A stretch of 64,000 nt of DNA from the NCBI GenBank assembly GCA_951406725.2, contig OX597814.1, positions 85,684,001 through 85,748,000 of the forward strand, written 5' to 3'. The DNA is from Octopus vulgaris. Lineage: Eukaryota. A program made the translations under genes and the position numbers. The notes under the pieces are model-generated. The model searched no databases and had not been told where the DNA came from. It worked only from the letters and a program-made list of their open reading frames with translations. Below are positions 25,755 through 38,423 of the stretch, one piece after another. Position 1 is the first letter of the stretch; each line of letters begins with the position of its first letter.

Positions 25755-26269
25755 TATAAATACATACATAAGCATACATATGCATACATATATATGTAAA
25801 TAAATATATATACATATGTATGTATGTATACATACACGTACAGATGTTTATGTACGTTATTAAAAACCATAACGTTAATACTGCCCATATAGGTTTTGTC
25901 TACTTATCGACGTAAACATATATACTTTCAAAGTAGTCTTACTGCAGCGAACTACCTATTTTCCCACGTTCACACATAGAACTGCTATTGTGTAATATCA
26001 CAGCGTCCATCCAGTACAGCATAGCACGTTGTCTTGTGGAAAAAGTTAGTTTTACTACGTATAATATCGACGGGTGTACGTAGCATTAGAACCTTTATAC
26101 CTGATAGAGGTGGCCTTACAATAGTGTGAGCTATACGTAATAGAGCGATCTACACATACCTATTTCTATGCACACACATACACACACACACAAACACACA
26201 CACACTCAAACACACACACACATTTGTGTACATATACACGGGCACACGCTAATCTATATAAATATAAAG

Positions 26270-26753
26270 GCGAATAACGTGTGACAGTGTGGTAAGGAGC
26301 TTGCTTCCCAACCACATGGCTCCCGGTTCTCTCCTACTGCGTGGCACCTTGGGCAAATGCCTTCTATTGTCGCCTCAGGTCGACCAAAGCCTTGTTAGTG
26401 TATCTTCTAGAAGGAAACTAAAAGAATCCTGTCATATATATATATATATATATATATAAAGACGCAGAAATGGCAGGTGCAGGAGGGGCTGTGTGCAGCT
26501 GCAAGAGGGGCTGTGTGCAGGTGCAGGAATGGCTGTGTGGTAAGTGTCTTGCTTAATAACCACATGGTTCTGGGTTCAGTCCCTCTGCGTGACACCTTGG
26601 GCAAGTGTCTTCTACTATAGCCTCGTTTTGTGAGTGGATTTGGTAGACGGAAACTGAAAGAATCCTTTCTTGTATATATATAAACACACTAACATCGGTT
26701 GTCAAGTGATGGTGGGAGGAAAAACACAGACGCAAAGATACACACATAGATAA

Positions 26754-26846
<93 letters not shown>

Positions 26847-27010
26847 ACGAGCTTATTTCAGTTTCCGTCTACCAAATCCACTCACAGAGCTTTGGTCGGC
26901 CCGTGGCTGTATTAGAAGACTCTTGCCCAAGGTACCACGCAGTGGGACGGAACCCGGACGGAACCATGTGTTTGGGAAGCAAACTTCTTACCACACAGCC
27001 ACGCCTGTGC
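26270..27010. mobile_element. Cluster of SINE family B copies (two 5' halves on plus, one copy on minus)
   Basis: Heads at ~26270(+) and ~26515(+); copy 26683-27010(-). Confidence 0.7.
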
Positions 27011-27040
27011 TTATGTGTGTGTATATATATAAATATGTAC

Positions 27041-27076
<36 letters not shown>

Positions 27077-27085
27077 CAAAATAAT

Positions 27086-27536
27086 ATATAACAAAATAAT
27101 ATATACAACATATGCATATATACATACATATATGTACATACCTACATATATATGTATATATACATGCATATATGGGTACAGGACATCAAAAAACGTTGAA
27201 CACAATGAGAAACGAAAACATAAAAACAAAAACATGGAAACTGACATTTTTTTCAAACAACGAAAGTTCGAAGGTATTCGAAACGCGGAGTAGCCGAAAC
27301 AGGGGCAACTGAAGAAGTGGAATATTCCTTGTGTTTTTTGTCTTGTACTCTGTTTTTTCGTTGTTTGAAACAAAATGTCCGTTTCCATGTTTTTGTTTTT
27401 ATGTTTTCATTTCTCATTGTGTTCAACGTTTTTTGGTGTCCGGTACCAATATATGCATGTATATATACATACAGATGTAGGTATGTACATATATGTATGT
27501 ATATATGCATACGTTTTATATATTATTTTGTTATAT
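27086..27536. repeat. Fold-back (~180-bp arms, ~90-bp spacer) of a PLE-tail-like element in (TA)n
   Basis: Arms ~27086-27265 and ~27355-27536 are reverse complements; this explains the mirror ORFs 27112+ and 27253-. Confidence 0.85.
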
Positions 27537-27566
27537 AATCGAACGCCACGCATCCACTTCCAAGTA

Positions 27567-27607
<41 letters not shown>

Positions 27608-27845
27608 CACCCACACATACACATACTCATGCAGGCACATACACGCGCATATATATTCTTTTGTCGGGAAGGGAAAACTCGAAGCAGATAGTGTTATAAA
27701 TATCAATAACAGCCGGTGAATATTACGTTAAAAAGCTGCCCGTGGAACACGAACCCACATCTCCAGGAAACAAGATATTCGTTCTATCATTAAATGATTT
27801 TTAACCTAATATTTATACCTTTTTGTATATATAACTTTATATCTA

Positions 27846-27947
<102 letters not shown>

Positions 27948-28160
27948 TACATACACACATACATACATACATACATACATACATACATACACACACATAC
28001 ATTCATAAATACATATATGTATATATACATACAAACATACATACACATACATACATGCATCATTTAAATATAGATGAGGGATCTATTCCATCTCAATCAC
28101 AGATTTTTTAATTAATTTTTTTTTAACTAAACAGTTTGAAACTTCGAATACTGGTAGAAT

Positions 28161-28977
28161 TTCTCACGTAGAATACGGTTTACTCAGAACAAAGTTTCAT
28201 ATTTTAGAAATTATTTCGTGTTAAAGTTGTATTTGGTTAATTTCAACTAATCCACGACGTGTATTCGATTGAAGAAAGCTACTGCTGTTTGCGATAGTAA
28301 TCGAAGAGGAACAACTTCCAGGTCATCTCTACTAAACGTCACCACTCGATTCTATTCGCTTGGCGAGCGAAGAGGATGCTACCTTTATTCTTTCATCCTT
28401 TCTCGTCAGCACCGTGCATTCCTTACTCTTTCCCTCTCTCCTTCTACACCATCAACTAGCAACCAGCGAGCGAACTTGTCACTGCCACTGCAATTACCGT
28501 ATTTTTCGGTGTATAAGCCGCTATTTGTTTTGTTTTACCTTCATGTTTTGATAATGATATTTTTTATCTAATAAAGACTTTTATATTGACGAAATATGTT
28601 TGTTGTTGTTTATAGTAAGATAAGATCATGACAAATTACAATACATCTCATAGCTGTAAAATAAGGTATTTTGAAACTACATACACGTCAACAACAAAAA
28701 AGCTAGCTGCGGACTCGTTGCTCTATAGATCTTTTAAACACCGATGTTGATTCTTCGATGGTGTTGATTCTTCGAACAGATTGGTGACATGTAGTAGAGA
28801 TGAGCCGGAAGTTGTTCCTCTTCGATTACTATCACAAACAGCAGTAGCTGTCTTTAACTGAATATACGCCGTTGATTGGGTGAAATTGCCCAGATACGAC
28901 AACTATAACACGAAATAACTTCTAAAATACGAAATTTCATCAAAAACGTTCAGAGTAAACCGTGTTCTGCGTGAGAA
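28161..28977. mobile_element. MITE-like element with ~175-bp diverged inverted arms
   Basis: AGCTACTGCTGTTTGCGATAGTAATCGAAGAGGAACAACTTCC vs GGAAGTTGTTCCTCTTCGATTACTATCACAAACAGCAGTAGCT. Confidence 0.7.
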
Positions 28978-29299
28978 AGGATCAAAGAGAGTCCTTCCCA
29001 AGTCATAGACTCATAAGGTCGAAGCATTTCCGCACCCTAATTCCATTCACAATTCTGGGTTGATCCGAATCTATTTACTAATAAATATATAAAATAATAA
29101 AAATTAAATAATCATAACGATGTGTAAATTAATAAATAATTTAATAATTAATAAATGAAATTACAAAATAGATATAAAAAGGTGATTATAAATGAACATA
29201 ATAATGAGAATTTACAAAGGAATAAAAAATCTCTTATGGTATTTATTATCCTTAATAAATATATTATCCTTAATTATATGAATGAAAAATATTTCCGTC

Positions 29300-29750
29300 T
29301 CAAAAAGCATAACACTGCATCTACAATTAAAGTTAGTAAATTGTTATATCATGCCAATCGTCCTCTACGGAGCAGAAACTTGGACAATGTACAGAGAAAT
29401 GAAAAGTAGAGGCCTTTGAGATGTGGATTTTTCGTAGACTGAATAGATTAAGAAAGATAGGTATCAAATGCTACAGCACAAGTAAAACTGAAAATTCAAG
29501 AACACCAACTGTCGAAAATTAAGTCCACAAAGCAATCATATTTTGGATATACGTTACAGCACGAGTCATTACCGAAGACCTTCCTGACAGGAAGTGTGGA
29601 AGGAAATAGAGCAAGAGACTGTCAATGACGTTTTTGAACTGATGACATCAAAGAATGAACCGGAAGCAAGTTCCTGGCATGGTGCATGTATGCAGCACAA
29701 CACAGTGGCAATGAGAATAGGGTGCGACCTGGCTAGTGACCGATGACGAA
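29300..29750 (+). mobile_element. RTE-clade LINE 3' fragment
   Basis: LYGAETWTM...FEMWIFRRL...SYFGY...LTGSVEGNRAR across frameshifts. Confidence 0.75.
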
Positions 29751-30293
29751 GATGATATTTATTATGCTCATCACAAAGTGTCTTCATGAGACACAGTCTC
29801 AGCAATCCTAAATTATGGTATGACATCGAATATATATTCGAATCTTTAGCTCAATAAATGACATCCGAGAATTATACTTTCCACAATGTTAACTATGGAA
29901 TGACATCGAAAGCACAATCGAAATTTTTACCATGAAGGTTCGTATGACACGTTTTTAAATAATTTTAAACTATGGAATGAGAATGACATCGAAAACATAA
30001 TTAAAACCTTCAAACGAAATAAAGCAATAATTATGAAGATCTATGGATTTACGCAACAAAATAGAAATATTTATAAAATGTGAAATGATAAAAAATTAAA
30101 ATAAAATAAATGATAAAAAATGAAAACCCATATGTTTTGTAAATTACAATACTCAAAATGATCATTTTGCTGTTTGCGTTTTGCTTGATCAACTATGCAT
30201 CTATGACCTAACATACCTATGACCAAAGGCGTTCTAAATGTGACCAACCGATTTTCTCTCAGAAATAATATGTATATACACACACACACACAC

Positions 30294-30355
<62 letters not shown>

Positions 30356-30358
<3 letters not shown>

Positions 30359-31214
30359 GGTGCGGTGAATAAACAGTCGTCTAAATTACGCAAAAATGAA
30401 AATAACACTGGCATCTCATTTTAACAGATACATTTTAACAAAATTTCATTGAAATATCTATAAAACTAAAGAGTAAATTTATTCAATAAAATCGCTGTTG
30501 GCTTCAACCACAGCCTCGAGACGACTTCGGAATCCCCTGCAACTCTTTTTGATGGTCTTCTTATTTAAGTTGGTGAATGCTATCATAATCTTTGCCTTCA
30601 GTTCATCTTTAGTGTTACAAGGAGTTTTGTTCGTCTCTCACTCAACTGCACCTCATATATAATAATCAAGGGGGTTGCAGTCTGGAGAGTTAGGTGACCA
30701 GATGTAAGGAGTGATATGGTCGCAGAAATTGTCTGACAGCCATAACTGGGTCTTCCTGCTTGTGTGGCATGGTTTAGAGTCCAGTTGCTAAACATAGGAT
30801 CTTCCAGCAGCCACCCTCTTCACCGTCGGTGGCACTACCTCCTCCAGGCACTTGATGTCGGTCTCCGTGTTGAGTGTGAGAGTGTGTGGGAAGATGAATG
30901 GAGCAATAACCTCGCTATCACTAGTGATTACCATGATGTTGACTGGATGTTTGATTTTTATCACTCACAGTACATATCCTCAGATTGACGCCCAGACAAT
31001 CTGAAATGTTCGTACTGGAGCTTCTGGCGCAAATGCTAAGCAAGCTGTACAGCATGTCATTTTCAAATTTCTGGCAGGGTTAATTGCAACATGGTGTTAT
31101 TTTTCTTGCAGAGGGTTCCCAACTGACGTTACTATAATGTGTAACCGACAAAAAACAATGCGCATGCGCGAAATTAAGAATATAAAATGGTGACAATTTA
31201 CCCATCGCACCCTG
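30356..31214 (-). mobile_element. Tc1/mariner DD37D (maT-type) transposon, internally deleted
   Basis: TA-CAGGGTGCG TIRs with TA at both ends; QLDSKPCH...WSPNSPDCNPLDY with 37 residues between the last two Asp. Confidence 0.85.
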
Positions 31215-31441
31215 TATGTATGTGTGCGTTTGTGAGTGTGTGTATGTGTGTGCATGAATATGGACATATATACACACATACATATATACATTATGCATAT
31301 ATACAAATATATGTGTATATGTTTGTATATATACATACACACATATATATATATACACATATATATATATACACACACATATATATGCATATATATACAT
31401 ATGATATACATATATATACATACACATATACATATATACAT

Positions 31442-31509
<68 letters not shown>

Positions 31510-31670
31510 CAAGGTGGCTCCCCAAGGTCGATCGGTTGCGTAGAAGCAAACCACGTCGGCTACCGTTATGTATTCTTTTACTGTATTCACTTAACACTTA
31601 TAGAAGATAAAATCATATTTTAATGACTAAATGTTGTGTGTCAACTGCTCTACTTTAGTAACATGGTTTT

Positions 31671-32004
31671 ACCGTATTTACTCGTGAATAATCACACTTT
31701 CTGTACCAAACATTTCCCTGAAGTAAGTACATTTGTCAAAGAAACATGTGGACAAAAAGGTTGCAAATAACTTGAAAAGTTTCTGCAAATCATTCAAAAA
31801 TTTTAAAATGAAAAATTTGCCTTTTTTGTTGGCTAATTTTTATCACTAACTACAAGCTGTGATTTTGAATTTCTCTCACACTTGTCAGATTGAAAAGAAA
31901 TAGATTAGTATTCAGTTACTAATACACTTGACTAAGAAACCTTGCATTATACTTGTTTTGAACCAATTTTCCATGCAAGTTATGGGGTGCGTCTTATACA
32001 AGAG
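31671..32004. mobile_element. Possible pogo/Tigger-type MITE remnant
   Basis: CCGTATTTACTCGTGAATAA at left and GGTGCGTCTTATACAAGAG at right resemble pogo-like TIR motifs. Confidence 0.3.
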
Positions 32005-32456
32005 CAAAGTGTATCTATCTGCCATCAAATTGTTAAAACATCATAACTATAAAAAGGAACACGGTAATTAATTGTGTTATGCAAATCAGTTTTAAGACAA
32101 AGGGCTAAATAAAACAATGATACGCTTAATAAAAAAAGCCAGTAATCTTACGTAGGAGTGGTGTGGATATTACGATATATTCTATTACATTATGGCATAT
32201 CATATTATATACTGCTATATTATATTATGAACTATATTATGTTAAGTCTTGACATATATTATATCAAGACATATATCATATTATTTTATATCATATATTA
32301 AAACTGTATTAGATTATATATATATTAAATTATATTATATTACGTTATGTTATGTTTTACACACACGCCTAGACACACACAGGCACACACATGTATGTAT
32401 TATGTATGCATGTATGCGTATATGTATATATATGCATGTATATATATATGCATGAT

Positions 32457-32499
<43 letters not shown>

Positions 32500-32501
32500 A
32501 G

Positions 32502-32612
<111 letters not shown>

Positions 32613-32766
32613 TAGATATATATACACACACCAGGGATGATTTACACTCATATCTTTACGCGCTGGTGTGGCTGTGTGGTAAGAAGCTTCGTTCCCAACC
32701 TCATGGTTCCGGGTTCAGTCTCACTGCGTAGCACCTTGGGTTGACCAAAGCCTTGTCGGTGGATTT

Positions 32767-35700
32767 ATCTTTTTTCAAACAACTTAATATTTTTTCTCTT
32801 GGCATTTATTTTCAGAAACTCTGTATGTTTTCTTTTGCTTTCACTTGTACACCTAGGTTCACTTGTACACCTGAAGTGGCGTTGGTACTTGTAACGTATC
32901 GTACACCCATTCCATGGCTTCCTCCAGATTCTTTGGTTCATTTTCCACGAATCTCTTTTTCAATTGGTTCCTGCGTGTCTTTTGTATGCCTTTCCTACTT
33001 TTTACCCAGTACATCATTTTACCTCTGTTTTTGGTAATTTCTCCCTCTTCCCAGTCTGCTTTCCATTTTTGTAAGTCCTCAAATACACCTTATCACCAAC
33101 TTTAAAACATCTTGCTATTTCTTCCCTGGTACTTTTTTTTCCTTTCTTGCCATGCAGCAATTTATCATAAACTGATTTCACTTTCCTTGCAAATATCAGC
33201 CCCTCTGGTGAGCTACCTGCAGGTGTATTCGGATTTGGTGTTCCATGGTACACTCTTAAAAATTGTTGAAGAGCTTTCCTTAAAACTCTTTTGAAGGTTC
33301 CAACAAAGTGTTCTACCTGTCCATTAGATCTGAAATGGTTTGGCGCCGTAGTTATATGTTCTACCGCGAACATTTCATAAAATTTTTAAAATCGATAGAC
33401 ACAAATTGCGTTCCATTGTTAGACACTATCGCGTCTGGGATGCCAAATCTTGCAAGCAATTCGTGTAAAAAACTTATCACAGTTAAGGAGGTTGGTTTCT
33501 TTACACTTAACAATTTCAGGCCATTTCTAAAAACTATCCACAATCACTAAGTAGTAAGAACCACTTAAAAGACCAGCGAAATCGATGTGTAGTCTCGACA
33601 ACGGAACATTTACTTTTGGCTAAGGTTCTCATATTATATTAGGTAATTTTGCTGCTAGACCACATCTTCTACAGTCTTTCACCAAATTTTCGATTTCTTT
33701 ATCCACTTTTGGCTAATATAAGTAACTGTGCATTAACGCTTTCATCCTTGAAATACCCGGACGTCCGACGTGAAATTCTTGCAACATTCTCTTTTGTTAT
33801 TTTTTCGGTATAACTACTCTCTGTGCATACATCAGTACGCCATCACATTTTGTGTATATATTCCCGTCTTGTTTTTTTTTTTGTACCATAGTGTTCTTTT
33901 GTTTCATTTATAATATCCTCCAGGGTTACCGGTAACTCTTGCTCAACGCTCCACATTATATTTTTTATTTCCCCTTCAGCTCTTAGAGCTGCGATTACTG
34001 TGTCCTCGAATGACTCGCAGTGTTTGAGTATCAATCTGGACAAGCCATCCGCATGTCTTACAGCACATTTAGGGGAACTCTTACATTATATATGTTTGGA
34101 ATGTAAACTTGATGATAGTTCACCAAACCTAAAAACACTTGTAATATTGTAATGTTTGTTGGGGTAGGCATATTTTTTATTGCGCTCGCCCTTGACGGGT
34201 CTGGTCTGCTTCCATTTTCATAAATTACTTGTCCTAAGTATTTGAGCAAAAATTCACACATTTCCTCTCTTAATCTGAACCAGTATTCGCTTATTTTGCC
34301 GAATACTCTTTTAATATGTTCGAAGTGTTGCTCCTGTGACTCATCCTTCATCAAAATATCGTCCAGATAGGCGATAGCGAAATCACAGTCACTCGGCGTT
34401 GCATCCATCACTTGCTGAAATATGGCAGGAGCCACTTTTATTCCGAAGGGAAGCTGCTTAAATTTAAATAAAACCACAGTGTGTGTTTATTGTGCGCATT
34501 CTTCCTCTACTTGTATTTCTAGATATGACTTTGAGAGGTCTAATTTAGATACTTTCCCTCGATTTAATTTTGTAAACACTTCTTCCGGACTGGGCAATGG
34601 ATAGTTATGTTCAACTAGACAATCATTCAACCCTGTCGGAAAATCTGCACAGATCTTAGTTGTAAACAGTCGGTGCTGCCCAGTCTGCGTGGTCAGATTT
34701 TTCGATTATACCAAGACATTCCAGTCTTTCAAGTTCCTTGTTAACCTGGTCTATTGCCGCAAACGGCACATTCTGTTTGGGCCTAAAGCCCAATGTTGTA
34801 TCTTGCTTTACTACGATCTTAACTTTTGTTTTTTTACAGCTACCCAGTTCTTCAAAAAAAAAAAAGCATGTGGAAATAATTTTTTTATTTTTTGCCTCAG
34901 TCGTTCGGCCTCATTTGAACTCTTAACTGACCCAACTACATTTCCACACAGAACACTTATGGGTGTATCCCACAATTTAAATAGATCCATCCGTTCTGTA
35001 CCGAATATGTTTAAGTGAATCTTTCAACACATAAATCTTTGACTTTTTCATTTGACCTCGGAAAGTTAGATTGCATTCAATTTCACCGAAAATTTGGCTT
35101 AACGACATATTCCCTCGTTTTTTTTTTGTTTTTTTTTTTTTTTAATAATAGTAATATCACTACCCATTTTAACAGTTGTATTTCTGATTTTCACCTTCAC
35201 GAATTTTCTCATCGTTATTTTTCTAATTTCTTCCGATGACATACTATTTATTCTCTTACCTTTTTTCTGACCGTTTTATCATCTTCGTTTTACAGTGAGT
35301 CTTTACATGTGCTATATTTCCACAACGAAAACACTCCGCTTTTTTAATGGACAATTTTTCCTCAGGTGCATACCACCACATGTTTCTCTTGTTTTTTAGA
35401 AAACACTTTATCTCTATTCAGACTATTCCGCACTGGTTTTACTTGGAAACAATACTTGGAAACAATCTTTGCATTCAATTTCCTCTGTGTTGAGTCTTAA
35501 TTTAAGTATTCTTTCGCATTCTTCAGACACTTTTTGCAGTGTTACATCTTGGTTTTACTCCAGTTTCGCAAAAATTCTCGTTCTGATATTTGTGTCCTTT
35601 TCGGCAGTTAGTCCCTGTGTAAAAATGAGGCATCTGAACATATCTGGAGTTAACTTCTCGCGCTCCCTGTTTACTCTACCAGCATATGTGATAAAATCTT

Positions 35701-36619
35701 CGTCGTTGTTTTTCTCTATGTTCAGACACTTCCAACGCGTGTTGAACAAAGAGCTTTTACCACTGAAACTTTTACACAATATATCTATTGTGTCATTAAA
35801 ATTTATGTACGAAGGTTTTCTTGGAAGTACATAATTATTGTATCGTTCATGTTCTGTTGGCGTCAGTTTTCTCAAGATTAAACGAGTTTTCATGTCGTCG
35901 TCCCACTCTCGAAGATTCTTCTGTAGTATGCTTCGAAGGTAACTCATTCGTCAAGTTTGTATTTGAATTCAGTTATTTAATTCTCGACATTGTCTGGCGA
36001 AGACACTTTTTCTGACTTTCCTGATGACTTCAGTTATTGAAGTATTTGTTGCTGTAATATTATTTGTTGTTGTTGTTGCTTCCATTGTTGCTCTTGCAGT
36101 TGTACCTTCTGTTGTTGTTCTTTCATTTGTTGTTGTTGATGTCTTTGCCACTCGAGCAAACCTGCCCACAAATTTTCCATACTTTTACATTTTTTCGTAA
36201 ACTTCGTACACCAACTTTGTGAGATTATTAACTCATCTTCGAGTTTCTATAAATTCCACGGGAATTGGTTTATCCTCGTCGCTACTATTATAAATCGGTC
36301 TTCTGCCGTTGTTATATCTATCTTTATAAGACGGTTGTCGCTCTGACAGATATTGTTATAAATCCGAAGTCGTCGATAGGATGTTTCTATCAGGCACTGT
36401 ACGGCTCCCAGTCGTACAGTGTTATTATTCTCAAAGGGTCGGATCGTTATAAACGTCAACTCAGTATCACAGTAAAATTACTGCACCAGCACAGACACGA
36501 TTATCAACACAGTCTACACGTACTCTCGCGATACTGGCCGGCGTCACCTTACTTAGTGCTAGCGTCATTCCATTAGTCACACGGGAGGGGTGTACCGTTA
36601 TTACTAATTCCCTACAACA
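32767..36619 (-). mobile_element. Decayed Gypsy/Ty3 (Mag-like) LTR retrotransposon: 5' LTR ~36287-36619, PBS, gag, RT, integrase; RNase H and 3' LTR missing
   Basis: LTR starts TGTTGTAGGG; PBS-like TAGCGACGAGGAT; gag KTRLILRKL..SLFNTRWKC; Zn-knuckle remnants; LPFGIKVAPAIFQ, YLDD; RLHIDFAG, HFRSNGQVEHFVGTFK. Confidence 0.92.
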
Positions 36620-36655
36620 AATTGGATTGACAGAAACTGGAAGAAGACCGTTGTA

Positions 36656-36693
<38 letters not shown>

Positions 36694-36789
36694 AAGAGGC
36701 TTCCAAATAGGGAAGCGTTGTGCTAGAACACAAAAAGGGATAAATTCATGGAAGGAATGAAAATTAAAAACATTTACCATCTCAACTAT

Positions 36790-36867
36790 ATCCCAGACCG
36801 ACGGTTTCTAACTTTTTTCAGCAAACAAACAAAATATATTTGCCAAGGCCAGTTTCTTCAGTGGGAC
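36790..36867 (-). ncRNA. Type I hammerhead ribozyme (left arm)
   Basis: Mirror of 36999-37076. Confidence 0.75.
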
Positions 36868-36998
36868 AGCCTTAAAAAAAAAGTGGGACTTTTCAAACCT
36901 CTGCGCAGACGCAAATCATACCCGGCGACAGTTAGGATTTACAAACCGTTAGATCTACATGTGGATCTAACAGTCTGTGCATCAGGATTATTAAGGCT

Positions 36999-37076
36999 GT
37001 CCCACTGAAGAAACTGGCCTTGGCAAATATATTTTGTTTGTTTGCTGAAAAAAGTTAGAAACCGTCGGTCTGGGAT
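36999..37076 (+). ncRNA. Type I hammerhead ribozyme (right arm); predicted cleavage after GUC at 37070
   Basis: GTCCCA/TGGGAT stem I, CTGAAGA, AACT/AGTT stem II with an extra A, GAAAC-CGTCG-GTC. Confidence 0.75.
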
Positions 37077-37264
37077 ATAGTTCAGATGGTAAATGTTTTT
37101 AATTTTCATTCCTTCCATGAATTTATCCCTTTTTGCGTTCTAGCACAACGCTTCCCTATTTGGAAGCCTCTTATTGTATTTCTATATGAATAATATATAG
37201 TCTAATGACTAATTCGTTTTTTGTGCTAGGGTACTGGTAATAATAATTTATTATTACCCTATTT

Positions 37265-37338
<74 letters not shown>

Positions 37339-37699
37339 ATGTGTAGGAGCACTCCGTCGGTTTCGCCGACGAGGATCCCAGCCGATACGATCAACGGAAC
37401 AGCTTCCTCGTGAAATTAACGAAACTTAGAGCAACGAAACTGTTCTGCACGCACTACCCGACCACAGTGATTTTATCTCGAACACCTGCCGTCGCGTGCC
37501 GGATGGATCCGGCTATCGGTTGAGTCCATTTTGAAAATTGTTCCACCGTTATTCTTTGGTCTGAAAGGACAGGCAGTTTTGATGTCTATAGTTGGCAATA
37601 GCGAAGAGCCCTCATGAACTTTTTCAAGCTTAACTTTTAAAGGAAACTGAACGTAAGGAAGAAAGTGCTTCCGTCCAGTGAATTCGTAATAAAGTAGGT

Positions 37700-38038
37700 A
37701 AGAATGGCCAGAATGATCCAGTGTCTCCTGGAAGAGTCATACAACAAACACCGACTTATACTAGGGACTACCTAAGTAACATTGAAGATACAGCATAGAA
37801 GGATGAGGCTAGCTGGAGACTGCATCAGACACACTGATGAAATTGCTAACAAGCTAGTGCTCTGACAACCAACGGAAGGAAGAACCAGAGGAGGAAGGGG
37901 AAAGACGACCTATATCGACAACTTCCGGGAGGATACTGGTATGGAACGGGTACAGGAGCTGAGACCATTGTGGAAGATCGAGATGAATGGGGGGGGGGGA
38001 CATGTAGAAACTCTCTTGGGGCGTCCTTTGGGACGACC

Positions 38039-38040
<2 letters not shown>
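37700..38040 (+). mobile_element. RTE/RTE-X LINE 3' fragment ending in (TAGA)n
   Basis: KIQHRRMRLAGDCIRH...KLVL*QPTEGRTRGGRGKTTYIDNFREDTG. Confidence 0.75.
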
Positions 38041-38073
<33 letters not shown>

Positions 38074-38116
38074 GTAGATAGATAGGTAGATAGATAGATA
38101 GATAGATAGATAGAAA

Positions 38117-38346
38117 GGTTGCGAGCTGGCAGAAACGTTAGCACGCTGGGCGAAATGCTTAGCGGTATTTCGCCCGTCGCTACGTTCTCAGTTCAAATTC
38201 CGCCAAGATCGACTTTGCCTTTCATCCTTTCGGGGTCGATAAATTAAGTACCAATTACGCACTGGGGTCGATGTAATCAACTTAATCTCTTTGTCTGTCC
38301 TTGTTTGTCCCCTCTATGTTTAGCCCCTTGTGGGCAATAAAGAAAT

Positions 38347-38423
<77 letters not shown>

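Larger units (their letters stand above)
36688..37270. mobile_element. Fold-back PLE/retrozyme-like element in (TA)n: 188-bp arms 36688-36875 and 36991-37178, plus 3' tail
   Basis: Arms are reverse complements with two mismatches seen; each arm contains an HHR. Confidence 0.88.

Noticed and set aside
29812-30015. Three ~78-bp spaced copies of AACTATGGAATGACATCGAA
   Set aside because: Small degenerate minisatellite with no further structure
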